DNA of 63,270 nt from an uncultured Oscillospiraceae bacterium (GCA_964371875.1 CAYJOS010000001.1:1-63270); one strand, 5' to 3'; positions 10,185 to 20,516 are shown, counted from the stretch's first letter. A program made the numbers and translations. Notes: generated by a model from the letters alone, not told the origin.

Positions 10185-10212
10185 AGAAAAATTCCTCGAT
10201 GTAGTTGCAAAT

Positions 10213-11094
10213 TTAGTGCCTGCGCACTGAAAGTGAATCGGCAAGCCACTCTAGGAAAGCTGTATCTTTAAATTGAGATATAATCGCTTCCTTCGCTTGA
10301 CCTGTTTTACGCTCTACTATGCCCTCGCAAGCCTCGAGACCCATGGCAGTTGCAAAGGTGGTTTTGTTACTTTTTTTGTCTGAACCTATGGGTTTTCCTA
10401 ATTCTTCGACAGTTGAAATTAAATCAAGCATGTCATCTCTAACCTGAAAAGCGAGTCCAATTGCCATTGCAAAAGCTCTCGCGGCGTCGAGTTGTGTTTG
10501 AGTTCCTCCGCCGACGATGACACCCATGACACACGCCGCTTCAAATAATGCGGAGGTTTTTCTGTTGTGAATTTCTTTCAATTCACGCTTCGATAAAATA
10601 ATTCCTTCGGAAACCATGTCGAGCATTTGACCAGCACACATGCCGTCGCTACCTGCCGCTTTTGCCAAGGTTTCACCACATTTGACACGAACTTCCGCTG
10701 GAAGCGCTGCCGTTAAAATTGTTGAAAAAGCTTCGGTTTGAAGGGCATCTCCTGCCAAAATTGCAGTTGCTTCATCAAATTCAATATGGTTGGTTTTCAA
10801 GCCACGACGCAAATCGTCATTGTCCATACTGGGCAAATCATCATGGACTAGTGAGTAAGCATGAAGCATTTCAATTGCACAGGCAATGGGCAGTGCATCG
10901 GCAAAATTTCCGCCTGTAATTCGGCAAAATTCGAGTACCATAGTTGCCCTAACACGTTTTCCAGGTGACAAAAGACTGTATCTCATGGAGTCTAAAAGTC
11001 TTTTATAGCCTTTATCATCAGGGATAAAATAGCCGTCGAGAGCTGAATTTATCGTTTCTATGTAGTCGTCAAAAATGTTTTTAAAATTATCCAT
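10213..11094 (-). CDS. ispA: Farnesyl/geranyl diphosphate synthase (polyprenyl synthetase)
   Basis: The two Asp-rich motifs are LVHDDLPSMDNDDLRRG and VRDDMLD. The ATG at 11094 follows GAGGAGG. Confidence 0.9.
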   Translation of the reverse strand: MDNFKNIFDDYIETINSALDGYFIPDDKGYKRLLDSMRYSLLSPGKRVRATMVLEFCRITGGNFADALPIACAIEMLHAYSLVHDDLPSMDNDDLRRGLKTNHIEFDEATAILAGDALQTEAFSTILTAALPAEVRVKCGETLAKAAGSDGMCAGQMLDMVSEGIILSKRELKEIHNRKTSALFEAACVMGVIVGGGTQTQLDAARAFAMAIGLAFQVRDDMLDLISTVEELGKPIGSDKKSNKTTFATAMGLEACEGIVERKTGQAKEAIISQFKDTAFLEWLADSLSVRRH

Positions 11095-11098
11095 TTTG

Positions 11099-11338
11099 CT
11101 ATGCCTCCTCAGCGTCAAATGGTAGGTGCTCGGGCTCTCCGTTTTCTCCTCGGCGTAGTTTTGTAACTTTTTGCTCGGCATTATCAAGCATGGTTTGGCA
11201 GGTTTTGATTAGTGAAGTACCCTCTTCAAAAAGTGAAAGTAGTTCATTTAGAGGAGCGTCACCTCGTTCGAGTGTTTTAACAATAGTGTCCAGTCTAAAA
11301 ATTGATTGCTCAAAATTCTCAACTTTAATCTCACTCAT
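11099..11338 (-). CDS. xseB: Exodeoxyribonuclease VII small subunit
   Basis: It is 79 aa, with FEQSIFRLDTIVKTLERGDAPLNELLSLFEEG typical of XseB. It overlaps the xseA stop. Confidence 0.9.
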   Translation of the reverse strand: MSEIKVENFEQSIFRLDTIVKTLERGDAPLNELLSLFEEGTSLIKTCQTMLDNAEQKVTKLRRGENGEPEHLPFDAEEA

Positions 11339-12543
11339 AAACTTATATTTTCCTTTCCGTCCACAGAACAATTTACATTCCCGTCTTTAAGGCGAAGTGT
11401 GATTTTATCGCCCACTTCAAGTTCAGTTGCAGACCGTATTATTTTATCTTTTTCGTTGCGAGCTATGCAAAAACCTCTTGAAAAAACTTTTAAAGGACTC
11501 ATAGCGTCAAGCCCAACTGCAAGTTTTACAAACTCTTCTCGTTTTATGGCAATTAACCTTTCGGCAACTGCTATGAGTTTGTCTTGCCTGTGGTCTAGCT
11601 CTACCCTTTTCATGTCGAGATAACTGCTTGGGTTTTGCATCACTCGTCTTGTGCTTAAATCATATAATTTATCGTTTAAATTGCGGATTTTTTTGACAGT
11701 TGCACTGCTTGCCCTAAAATCATAGGATTTTAAAACTTCACGAAGTTCATCCGCCGACGGAACAGCAAGTTCAGCGGCATTTGATGGTGTGGCAGCCCTT
11801 AAATCTGCGACAAAATCTGCAATTGTAACATCGGGTTCGTGCCCGACAGCGGAAATTATAGGGATTTTTGATTCAAAAATTGCCCTTGCAACTCTTTCGT
11901 CATTAAATGCCCATAAATCCTCAATAGAGCCGCCGCCTCTTCCCGTGATTATGAGGTCGCCGACTTCATATTTATTTGCATATTTAATTGCCCCGACAAT
12001 TTCCGGCGGAGCTTCAACACCTTGAACACGGACAGGCATGACGCAAACTTCTGCCATGCTCCATCTTTTGGAGAGCACTCGCAAAATATCGTGAACTGCC
12101 GCCCCTGCTTCTGATGTGATTATTACAATTTTTTTTGGAAATTGCGGAATAGCTTTCTTAAACTCGGGAGAAAATAAACCCTCTTTGGAGAGTTTTTCTT
12201 TGAGCTGTTCAAAAGCTACGTGCAAATCTCCCATGCCCTGAGGCATAATTCCTGTGCAGTAAAGCTGATATGCGCCATCTCGTGGATAGACAGAAATTCT
12301 TCCAACGGCGATGACACCCATGCCACTTTCGGGCTTGAATTTTAGCTTAATAGCACTGGACTTGAACATAACACAACGGATAGAACTTTCGTTGTCTTTC
12401 AGTGTAAAATAATGATGCCCCGAGGGGTAAATTTTATAATTTGAAAGTTCACCCACGACAGAAACCTGAAACAAAAACGGGTCGCTGTCTAAGAGGTCTT
12501 TTATCCTGTTGTTAAGTTCGGTAACGCTGATTTGAGCGTTCAT
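11335..12543 (-). CDS. xseA: Exodeoxyribonuclease VII large subunit
   Basis: At 402 aa it has an N-terminal OB fold and the catalytic region with GRGGGSIEDLWAFN. Confidence 0.95.
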   Translation of the reverse strand: MNAQISVTELNNRIKDLLDSDPFLFQVSVVGELSNYKIYPSGHHYFTLKDNESSIRCVMFKSSAIKLKFKPESGMGVIAVGRISVYPRDGAYQLYCTGIMPQGMGDLHVAFEQLKEKLSKEGLFSPEFKKAIPQFPKKIVIITSEAGAAVHDILRVLSKRWSMAEVCVMPVRVQGVEAPPEIVGAIKYANKYEVGDLIITGRGGGSIEDLWAFNDERVARAIFESKIPIISAVGHEPDVTIADFVADLRAATPSNAAELAVPSADELREVLKSYDFRASSATVKKIRNLNDKLYDLSTRRVMQNPSSYLDMKRVELDHRQDKLIAVAERLIAIKREEFVKLAVGLDAMSPLKVFSRGFCIARNEKDKIIRSATELEVGDKITLRLKDGNVNCSVDGKENISL

Positions 12544-13073
12544 TATATACGTTCTCCGAAAGTCGAGGTTTCAAATTCGCCTAAAATTTCGTTGACAATT
12601 TCGTCTTGCTCTCTCTCTTCGGGAGTAGGCTCTAAAGTTTTGTCACTTCTTGCAAAGCTTCCTAAAACTCCGTTGATGAAGGAAACAGTATCTTTTTCCT
12701 CATAGCCTTTTGCAATTTCAATTGCTTCACTGATGGCAACATTTTCAGGAACGTCGTCAACATATAGTGTTTCGTAAATTGCAACACGCAAAATAGTCAG
12801 TGCGGTTTTTGAAATACGAGAAATTTTCCAGCCTTTGGAGTATTTTGCAATATGAGCATCAAGTTCTTTCATGTGCTCTTTAACACCAAAAACTACAGAT
12901 TTGATGTAAGTTCTCAATTTTTCGTTTGGATATTCTTCCATACCCTCGATTTCTAATGTTCTGTAATATGCTTCGTCAAAAAAAATATCGGTTAGTTCTT
13001 CGCCTTTATCTTCCGACTTAGCCGTCGCATAACAAAGCATTACAGCGATATCACGAGCTTCGGCTCTTGTCAT
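12543..13073 (-). CDS. nusB: Transcription antitermination factor NusB, with an acidic C-terminal extension
   Basis: The NusB core runs from RAEARDIAVMLCY to FINGVLGSF. About 35 extra residues follow. Confidence 0.9.
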   Translation of the reverse strand: MTRAEARDIAVMLCYATAKSEDKGEELTDIFFDEAYYRTLEIEGMEEYPNEKLRTYIKSVVFGVKEHMKELDAHIAKYSKGWKISRISKTALTILRVAIYETLYVDDVPENVAISEAIEIAKGYEEKDTVSFINGVLGSFARSDKTLEPTPEEREQDEIVNEILGEFETSTFGERI

Positions 13074-13086
13074 AATTTATCCTCCT

Positions 13087-13446
13087 TTATTTATCATAGG
13101 CAATTCCACTGATGTTAACATTAACAACACAGGGCATACCTGCCATACTATCAACAGCGGAAGAAATTGCCTCTTGGATTTTTGCTCCCACTTCGCTGAT
13201 ATTTGTTCCAAATCTTACCATAACGACAACATCGATGATAATAGATCCATTTTCAAACTGAATTTTTATGCCTTTGTGGACATTTTTTCTGCCAATAAAA
13301 TCGGCAATTTCAGCGCTGATATTGCTTGTGAGACCAGCAACGCCTTCAATCTCCGAAACAGCCGCTTTTACCATGACCTCAATAACATCTTCTGAGATAT
13401 TTATGCTACCTCTTTCAACTTGCCTTGAAATATAGTTATCCACCAT
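13087..13446 (-). CDS. Asp23/Gls24-family envelope stress protein
   Basis: The pattern INISEDVIEVMVKAAVSEIEGVAGL is typical of Asp23. The ATG at 13446 follows GGAGGA. Confidence 0.85.
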   Translation of the reverse strand: MVDNYISRQVERGSINISEDVIEVMVKAAVSEIEGVAGLTSNISAEIADFIGRKNVHKGIKIQFENGSIIIDVVVMVRFGTNISEVGAKIQEAISSAVDSMAGMPCVVNVNISGIAYDK

Positions 13447-13564
13447 AAGATTAATCCTCCGATTAAATTCTTGTTTTATATATTTTACCATAATCAATCA
13501 AAAAAATAAAGACTAATTACTGTATAATTTGAAAAATATTCATAAAAAATGAATAAAAGTTCCT

Positions 13565-13607
13565 TAGCTTGCAGAAAAATCTCGGGCTGAGTTCTTCTGC
13601 AAGCTAA
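13565..13607 (-). terminator. Terminator hairpin after the SLH/Ig-like gene
   Basis: ttagcttgcagaa (13565-13577) pairs with ttctgcaagctaa (13595-13607). A U-rich tract follows on the minus strand. Confidence 0.6.
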
Positions 13608-13612
13608 TGAAT

Positions 13613-14515
13613 TTAGTTTATTGTTGTAAATGCACGACTGAGCAAAAATGCAGCGTCTTCACGGTTTAGGCTGTCGCTGTTAACTGAGGAACTTGAAATT
13701 ATATTATGCGCCTCCAAATTCATGCTCGCCTGATTTGCCCAGACGGGAACAGTGTCCACCGGTTGACCATATCGCACATCGGTAAAATTCATAATATTAT
13801 TTAACATAACAGCAGCTTCGGCGCTTGTGATAATTTCAGAAGCGTTAAATTCCACACCATTTTCGGTTGAAACACCGCTAATAGCACCGCACATTAAGGC
13901 GGTTGAAGCATATGGTTTTATCCACTGCGGAATAGTTTCATCGTCTGAAAATCCTGTTTTTGAAACATCGGAAAGTAGTTCAATTTCAGATAATTTCATG
14001 CACATAGCCAGAAATTCTCCCCTTGTGACTTCCACATCAGGGCTGAAAATGTACTCATCACCCACAGAATGACCGACAAAAATTTCCTCATCGGCAAGCA
14101 AAACAGCAGCATATTCAACTGCATGACCTTCTAAATCCGAATAGCTAACTTGGCTTTTTTGCTTTTCGATTTTGATAATAACAGTTGCTTCATGGGATAT
14201 ATTTCCATCGCTGTCGGTTGCCTTATAACCGAAATAATCCTTGCCTTTTTTACCCTCTTTCGGCGTGTAAATGTAGTTTCCATCTTCGGACAATTCGATG
14301 TCACCTTTAATCGGCGGTGTTGTGATTTCGAATGTGGTGAGGTCGCCTTCGGGGTCGATTGCAGTTAGTTGACCGCTGGTTGAAGTGTTTACAAATGTTG
14401 TGATTTCAAAGTTTTCCGCAACAGGAGCAGAATTTTCTGCAACTGCTGTTGTCATACTTGCGGTAAAAATTGCAAGCGTTAGCGCTAATGTGATGATTAT
14501 TTTACGAGTTTTCAT
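13613..14515 (-). CDS. Secreted cadherin/Ig-like plus triple-SLH cell-wall protein
   Basis: The ATG at 14515 follows GGAGG. The signal peptide is MKTRKIIITLALTLAIFTASMTTAVA. An Ig/cadherin-like module is present (GQLTAIDPEGDLTTFEITTPPIKGDIELSEDGNYIYTP...YKATDSDGN), followed by three SLH-like repeats. Confidence 0.7.
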   Translation of the reverse strand: MKTRKIIITLALTLAIFTASMTTAVAENSAPVAENFEITTFVNTSTSGQLTAIDPEGDLTTFEITTPPIKGDIELSEDGNYIYTPKEGKKGKDYFGYKATDSDGNISHEATVIIKIEKQKSQVSYSDLEGHAVEYAAVLLADEEIFVGHSVGDEYIFSPDVEVTRGEFLAMCMKLSEIELLSDVSKTGFSDDETIPQWIKPYASTALMCGAISGVSTENGVEFNASEIITSAEAAVMLNNIMNFTDVRYGQPVDTVPVWANQASMNLEAHNIISSSSVNSDSLNREDAAFLLSRAFTTIN

Positions 14516-14608
14516 ATAAACCTCCATGTTTTTATTGCAAAATAAGTATTTACAAAACATGGATAATTTATTCTCGGTTTTCACTTTAATATATATCTAA
14601 ATTATAAT

Positions 14609-14649
14609 CAGCTTGCTCAAAATGTCCTTTGGAACATTCGAGCAAGCTG
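14609..14649 (-). terminator. Long hairpin after oppF, a probable terminator
   Basis: cagcttgctc (14609-14618) pairs with gagcaagctg (14640-14649), with further inner pairing. The U-tract is weak. Confidence 0.5.
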
Positions 14650-14658
14650 AATTTAAAA

Positions 14659-15627
14659 CTAATTATATAAATGACAATAAACATAGTGGCTTTCGCTAAA
14701 TTCATACTTTGGCGGTGCTTCGGTTTTACATTTTTCCATGCAATTCGGGCAACGGGTATGGAATTTACAGCCAGAGGGCGGATTGATTGCCGAGGGAATA
14801 TTTCCCTCCAAAATAATACGCTCTTTTTTCATTGTTGGGTCAGGAATAGGAACAGCAGAAAGCAGTGCTTTGGTGTATGGGTGGAGTGGGTTTTCGTATA
14901 TACTCACCTTGTCGGCAACCTCGACAAAATCACCAAGGTACATAACCCCAACCCTGTCACTGATATGCTCAACAACGCTCAAATCATGGGCGATGAACAT
15001 ATAAGTCAAGCCGAGTTCTTCCCTCAAATCGCTCATCAAGTTCAAAACTTGTGACTGAATTGAAACGTCAAGCGCTGAAACAGGCTCGTCTGCGATTATC
15101 AGCTGAGGGTTAACAGCAAGCGCTCTTGCGATTCCAATTCTTTGGCGTTGACCACCTGAAAATTCGTGTGGATATCTATTCGCATGGTAGTCGTCAAGCC
15201 CAACTTTTCTAAGCAAATCGACAACTTTTTCGTCAATTGTTTCCTTATCTTTCGCAATTCCGTGGATTATCATAGGCTCGGCGATGATATCTCTAACGGA
15301 CATACGAGGATTTAGCGAAGCGTATGGATCTTGGAAAACCATTTGAACTTTTTTTCTAATAGGAATCATTTGTTTATTGGAATATTTTGAAATTTCTTCG
15401 CCGTCGAGTTCAACTGAACCAGAAGTTGGTTGAGTGAGTTTGCAGATGCTCTTTCCAAGGGTTGACTTTCCGCAACCAGACTCGCCGACTATACCAAGAA
15501 CTTCGCCTTTATAAACGTCAAAGTTTACGCCGTCAACAGCTTTTACATAATTTGTTTCACCGAATTTTTTTCCTGAAACTTTGTAATACTGCTTTAAATC
15601 ACGAACTTTTAATAAAATTTCAGACAT
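14659..15627 (-). CDS. oppF: Oligopeptide/dipeptide ABC transporter ATP-binding protein
   Basis: Walker A is GESGCGKST, the signature is FSGGQRQR, and the C-terminal oligopeptide-type extension carries a Cys motif. Confidence 0.9.
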   Translation of the reverse strand: MSEILLKVRDLKQYYKVSGKKFGETNYVKAVDGVNFDVYKGEVLGIVGESGCGKSTLGKSICKLTQPTSGSVELDGEEISKYSNKQMIPIRKKVQMVFQDPYASLNPRMSVRDIIAEPMIIHGIAKDKETIDEKVVDLLRKVGLDDYHANRYPHEFSGGQRQRIGIARALAVNPQLIIADEPVSALDVSIQSQVLNLMSDLREELGLTYMFIAHDLSVVEHISDRVGVMYLGDFVEVADKVSIYENPLHPYTKALLSAVPIPDPTMKKERIILEGNIPSAINPPSGCKFHTRCPNCMEKCKTEAPPKYEFSESHYVYCHLYN

Positions 15628-16634
15628 TATTCGCCACCTCCGATTTTATCCCAATGCCAACATTTGGTTTTGTGGTCTGCGCTGATTTCGTGGAAATCAG
15701 GCTCTTGTGTTTCGCATTTTTCAGAGGCATATTTACAGCGTGGGGCAAATTTACAGCCAACAGGCATGAATTTTGGGTTTGGAACATTGCCTGGGATGGG
15801 GTCTAATCTGTCCACGTGTTCGCCAAGTTTTGGTATTGAAGCCAAAAGCCCTTCGGTGTATGGGTGTGAGGGATTTGCGAAAATTTCGTTTACATTTCCA
15901 GCCTCTACCACGCGTCCGCAGTACATGACAACCACGTCGTCACAAACTTCCGCAACAACTCCCAAGTCATGAGTGATGAAAATTATTGAAGTGTTAATTT
16001 CACTTTTTAAATTGTTCATTAAGTCCAAAATTTGCGCTTGAATTGTAACATCCAACGCTGTTGTTGGCTCGTCAGCAATCAAAATTTCAGGGTGACATAC
16101 CAAAGCCATGGCAATCATGACACGCTGTCTTTGTCCGCCAGATAGCTGAAAAGGAAACTCACGCATCATTTTTTCGACTCTGGGAAGACCTGTCAAATTC
16201 AGCATTTCAATTGCTTTTTTGCGTGCTTCGTCTTTGCTGATTTTTTGGTGTTCCAAAATTCCTTCTATGATTTGGTCGCCAATTCTCATGACAGGGTTAA
16301 GGCTTGTCATGGGTTCTTGGAAAATCATAGAAATTCTGCTACCACGCATTTTTCGCATTTGGTGTTTGTCGAATTTTAGTATATCTTCGCCGTTTAAAAC
16401 GATTTCGCCGTCAACGGTTTTTCCAGTAGTTCCCATTAAAAGTCCCATAATAGACATCGCAGTTACGCTCTTACCACTACCAGACTCGCCGACAATTCCG
16501 AGCGTTGCGCCTTTTTTAAGGCTAATATCAACACCGTCGACAGATTTTACAGTTCCATTATCTGTGAAAAAATAGGTGTGCAAATTCTTGATTTCAAGTG
16601 CATTTTCAGTTTTATTAATCATTATTATGACCAT
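15627..16634 (-). CDS. oppD: Oligopeptide/dipeptide ABC transporter ATP-binding protein
   Basis: Walker A is GESGSGKS, the signature is LSGGQRQR, and Walker B is ILIADEPTTALD. An alternative start lies at 16622. Confidence 0.9.
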   Translation of the reverse strand: MVIIMINKTENALEIKNLHTYFFTDNGTVKSVDGVDISLKKGATLGIVGESGSGKSVTAMSIMGLLMGTTGKTVDGEIVLNGEDILKFDKHQMRKMRGSRISMIFQEPMTSLNPVMRIGDQIIEGILEHQKISKDEARKKAIEMLNLTGLPRVEKMMREFPFQLSGGQRQRVMIAMALVCHPEILIADEPTTALDVTIQAQILDLMNNLKSEINTSIIFITHDLGVVAEVCDDVVVMYCGRVVEAGNVNEIFANPSHPYTEGLLASIPKLGEHVDRLDPIPGNVPNPKFMPVGCKFAPRCKYASEKCETQEPDFHEISADHKTKCWHWDKIGGGE

Positions 16635-16770
16635 TCCTTCCTTCTAAAGTCACAAAATAGCCATAAAAATGGTCATAATGTGCCATGTTTTTCGGTTGTC
16701 CACCATAAGTGGACGAGAAAAACGGTTAAAATAACATGAAGTTTGAAATTTTTTCAAACTTGCATCCTCC

Positions 16771-17649
16771 TTAGTCGCTTAGTTTTGGATCAAGCGCATC
16801 ACGAAGTCCGTCGCCGAGCAGGTTAAAGCTCAAAACAGTCAAGAAAATTGCAAGTCCTGGGAAAAGTGTGATGTGCCAGCTACTCATCATATAGTTACGT
16901 CCGTTGCTGAGCAAAAGCCCCCACTCAGGAGTTGGAGGAACTGCGCCCATACCAAGGAAACTTAGTGATGAAGCTGTTAAAATTGAAGTACCGATTGACA
17001 TGCTGTATTGAACGATGATGTTTGGAACAGCACTGGGTAAAATGTGTTTAAATAAAATTCTTCTGTCGCTTGCGCCGATATTTCTCGCCGCTTGGACGAA
17101 AACGCTGTTTTTTGTCGAAAGTGTGTTACTACGCACAAGTCTTGCAAATTTTGGAATATTAAAAACTGCAACAGCGATGACAACATTAGTCATACCAGAG
17201 CCCAAAATCGCAACAATGGCAATCGCCAAAATAATTCCAGGGAAAGCAAAAAGTGCATCGCAAAATCTCATGATAAGCGCATCAATCCAGCCTCCGTAAT
17301 AACCGCCGATTAGACCCAAAACAGCACCGATTAACATGGCGATTGTGACCGAAAAGACACCAACACTAAGTGAAATTCCTGTGCCTGAAATTATTCTTGA
17401 AAACAGGTCACGACCAAATTCGTCAGTGCCGAAAATATGGTCTGATGTTGGGGCTTGCATAATGCTTTCGTAGTTATATTCGTTAATTCCATATGGAGCA
17501 ATGCTCTCTCCAATGAAAGATAGTAGCACGAGAAATAAAATAAATACAAGTGCGCCTATTGCCGTTTTTTGTTTTTTAAATTTTCTTACAAATTCTGAAA
17601 ACGGGGTATTTATCTTCTCGTTTTGTTCTTTATTTTTTATATTTTCCAT
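16771..17649 (-). CDS. oppC: Oligopeptide ABC transporter permease
   Basis: The protein has multiple TM helices, and its EAA-like loop (ARNIGASDRRILFKHILP) is of the BPD_transp_1 type. Confidence 0.9.
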   Translation of the reverse strand: MENIKNKEQNEKINTPFSEFVRKFKKQKTAIGALVFILFLVLLSFIGESIAPYGINEYNYESIMQAPTSDHIFGTDEFGRDLFSRIISGTGISLSVGVFSVTIAMLIGAVLGLIGGYYGGWIDALIMRFCDALFAFPGIILAIAIVAILGSGMTNVVIAVAVFNIPKFARLVRSNTLSTKNSVFVQAARNIGASDRRILFKHILPSAVPNIIVQYSMSIGTSILTASSLSFLGMGAVPPTPEWGLLLSNGRNYMMSSWHITLFPGLAIFLTVLSFNLLGDGLRDALDPKLSD

Positions 17650-17663
17650 GGTTATCCCTCCAA

Positions 17664-18584
17664 TTAATCAAGTTGTATTTCAGGATTTAACACCGCATAC
17701 AAAATGTCCACAAGCAAATTGATAAGGACAAAATGCAGTGAGAAAATCAAAATTAATGATTGTATTGCAGGGTAATCACGATAGTTTACAGATTCAACAA
17801 GCAAAGAACCAAGACCAGGGAAAGCAAAAACTGCCTCTGTTACAACTGAACCGCCAAGCAAAAATCCAAATTGCAAACCGACGACTGTTACAACAGAAAT
17901 CATGGCATTTCTGAAAGCATGTGACCAAACAACAGCTCTCTCCTTGAGTCCTTTTGCTCTTGCTGTGCGGACATAATCGTCCTTTAAAACTTCAATAATC
18001 GCTGAGCGAGTGAAGCGTGCGATGATAGCAGCGATGCCGACGCCGAGAGTTATTGAAGGCAAAATGAAGTTTTCTAAACTGTCTGCTCCTGTGGTCGGAA
18101 GCCATTTTAAATTGACTGAAAAAACAATAATAAGCATGAAGCCTATCCAAAATGAAGGCATAGAAATACCAGAAACCGCAGTTGTCATGCCGACATAATC
18201 CTGCCATTTTCCTCTATTTCTTCCTGCCCAAACACCGACAGCAACACCGACAACAGTACTCCAACCGAGGGTCATAAGTGTTAGTGTTACAGTGTTTTGA
18301 TATCTGTTTTCAATTTCTGTTGTGACAGGTCTTTTTGTGCGCAGTGAAGTTCCCAAATCTCCCTCGAGCAGACCTGTTATATAATTGAAATACTGTTCGG
18401 GGATTGAGTCGTTTAGCCCGAGTTGCTCACGAACAAGCTCAACATCTTCCAAAGTCGCCTGTGGGCCTGCTATCTCTCTTGCAGGGTCACCGGGTATCAA
18501 GCGAACAAAGAAAAATACAAAGGTTATAACGATAAAAAGTGTTGGAATAATTCCAATTATTCGCTTTAGTATGTATTTTAACAT
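17664..18584 (-). CDS. oppB: Oligopeptide ABC transporter permease
   Basis: The N-terminus MLKYILKRIIG is typical, and the loop YVRTARAKGLKERAV is present. The ATG at 18584 is 8 nt from AGAGG. The ORF opens at GTG 18593. Confidence 0.9.
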   Translation of the reverse strand: MLKYILKRIIGIIPTLFIVITFVFFFVRLIPGDPAREIAGPQATLEDVELVREQLGLNDSIPEQYFNYITGLLEGDLGTSLRTKRPVTTEIENRYQNTVTLTLMTLGWSTVVGVAVGVWAGRNRGKWQDYVGMTTAVSGISMPSFWIGFMLIIVFSVNLKWLPTTGADSLENFILPSITLGVGIAAIIARFTRSAIIEVLKDDYVRTARAKGLKERAVVWSHAFRNAMISVVTVVGLQFGFLLGGSVVTEAVFAFPGLGSLLVESVNYRDYPAIQSLILIFSLHFVLINLLVDILYAVLNPEIQLD

Positions 18585-18641
18585 TCCTGTCACCTCTTTT
18601 GTGTAGATAATTTTTGCGATTGTAGTGTTTCATAACACTGT

Positions 18642-18678
18642 CAAAACGGTTTGGTGAAATATTCACCAAACCGTTTTG
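18642..18678 (-). promoter_or_regulatory. Strong intra-operon stem-loop between oppA and oppB, a likely partial terminator or mRNA stabiliser
   Basis: caaaacggtttggtgaa (18642-18658) pairs with ttcaccaaaccgttttg (18662-18678). The 17 bp are perfect and the loop is 3-4 nt. Confidence 0.6.
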
Positions 18679-18694
18679 GATTATAGAATACTAA

Positions 18695-20365
18695 TTATTC
18701 GTATAGTTTACCGTTTCTCATGTTAATAGCTCCGTCTGGGAAGATTTTAACACCGTCGATTTTTGTTGAAGTTGCGATTGTATTTGAGTCAACACCCAAG
18801 TTTACAAGTGGAACTTCTTCAAATAGAATGTCTTGGATTTCGTGGTAAGCAGCTTCACGAGATGCAGGGTCAGCAGTTAGAAGACCGTCGTAGATTAGTT
18901 TGTCTACATCTGCGTTGTCATAGTAAGCGATGTTGAAGCTGTTTGGAGGGAATGATTCTGTGTGAAGTAGAGGACGAATACCCCAGTCAGCGTCACCTGT
19001 TGAGGGTGACCAACCTGATAGGTAGATTTCGACTTCAGCTTCAGCGCCAGAAGTTGCAACGTCTTGAACTCTTTGGTTTAGAACAGCACTTTCAAGAGCG
19101 TTGATGTTTAGTGTAATTCCAACTTGTGCAAGTTGTTGTTGTAAAAACTCTGCTTGTTTAACGTTTAGAGTTGATGTGTTGCACATGATAGTTGTTTCAA
19201 ATCCGTCAGGATAGCCAGCTTCTGCAAGAAGTTCCATAGCTTTTTCAGGATTATATTCTCTTGAATTTGCTTTATAGAATTGAACAGCAGGTCCTAAAAC
19301 AGACTCAGCAGGAGTTGACATTCCGTTCCAAACAACAGCTGCATAAGCGTTTTTGTCGATAGCATAGTCCATAGCTTGGCGAACTAGAACATCGTCAAAA
19401 GGAGCTTTTTGGGTGTTTAGCATAATCCAGCGAACAACAATACCGTCAGTTACTTGAACTGAAACAGTGTCGTCACCTTGTAGAAGAGCAACGCTTTCAG
19501 TTGGAACAGTCCAGATTACGTCAGCATCACCAGCTTGAAGCATAGCAACTCTTGTTGCGCCTTCAGATACAGGTTTGAATGTGATAGTGTTAAAGCCAGC
19601 GTCAGCGTCAGCAAGACCAGCTTCATAACCCCACCATTCTTTGTTTAGTTGAATAGTTGCATGTTCGCCAGCAACCCATTCAACGAAGGTGTATTGACCT
19701 GTACCAACTGGTTCAGCAGCAACAACTTCAACACCTTTTTCGATTTGAGCAGGGCTTACGATAACGCAAGCTGGGTGAGCTAATGTGCTGATAAACGCAC
19801 CGAAAGGAGCTGTTAGAGTAACTTTAACTTCATATTCGCCTGTAACTTCAACTGAACCGATGTTGTTTGAAAGAAGGCTTGTTCTTTTAAGACCAAGGCT
19901 TTTGTCTGCCCAACGGTCAAGGTTTGCTTTCGCAGCTTCAGCATTCCAAGGAGTGCCGTCTGAGAAAGTAACGCCTTCTCTTAGAGTTAGAACAAACTCT
20001 GTAGCATCGTCGTTAGCTGTGTATTCTGTAGCAAGCATTGGAATTAGGGTCATTTCATCGTCAAAACCGAAGAAACCGTCCATCATAAGTCTTTGAATAC
20101 CACCTGATAGTGTGTCGCTTGTGTCAAGTGGGTCCATTGTTGTGAAATCGACTGCCATAGAAGCAACGATATCAGAACTTTGTGAAATTGAAGCGCCACT
20201 AGGAGCAGCTTCATCGCCTTCAGCAACTTCACCTGTCGCATCAGGTGCTGTGCTTTCTTCACCTTCAGCAGGTGCTTCCTCAGAACTACCGCAAGCTGCA
20301 AACATTGACATTGCAAGAACTAAAATAAGTAGTAGTGAGAGAACTTTTTTGAAATTCTTTTTCAT
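18695..20365 (-). CDS. oppA: Family-5 ABC substrate-binding lipoprotein (peptide/nickel type)
   Basis: The lipobox is LAMSMFAAC. A Ser/Glu/Ala-rich linker leads into an SBP_bac_5-like body of 556 aa. Confidence 0.85.
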   Translation of the reverse strand: MKKNFKKVLSLLLILVLAMSMFAACGSSEEAPAEGEESTAPDATGEVAEGDEAAPSGASISQSSDIVASMAVDFTTMDPLDTSDTLSGGIQRLMMDGFFGFDDEMTLIPMLATEYTANDDATEFVLTLREGVTFSDGTPWNAEAAKANLDRWADKSLGLKRTSLLSNNIGSVEVTGEYEVKVTLTAPFGAFISTLAHPACVIVSPAQIEKGVEVVAAEPVGTGQYTFVEWVAGEHATIQLNKEWWGYEAGLADADAGFNTITFKPVSEGATRVAMLQAGDADVIWTVPTESVALLQGDDTVSVQVTDGIVVRWIMLNTQKAPFDDVLVRQAMDYAIDKNAYAAVVWNGMSTPAESVLGPAVQFYKANSREYNPEKAMELLAEAGYPDGFETTIMCNTSTLNVKQAEFLQQQLAQVGITLNINALESAVLNQRVQDVATSGAEAEVEIYLSGWSPSTGDADWGIRPLLHTESFPPNSFNIAYYDNADVDKLIYDGLLTADPASREAAYHEIQDILFEEVPLVNLGVDSNTIATSTKIDGVKIFPDGAINMRNGKLYE

Positions 20366-20516
20366 TTTCTTCTCCTTTTCTTCTGCACAATTATGTGTAG
20401 TGCATATATAGACAAAAGTATACCATAGGTGGACATTTGTGTCAATGTTTTACAAGTGATTTTTTTAACAATTTAATTTATTAAAGCGTTAAAAATTTAT
20501 AGTTTGTAATAAATAC

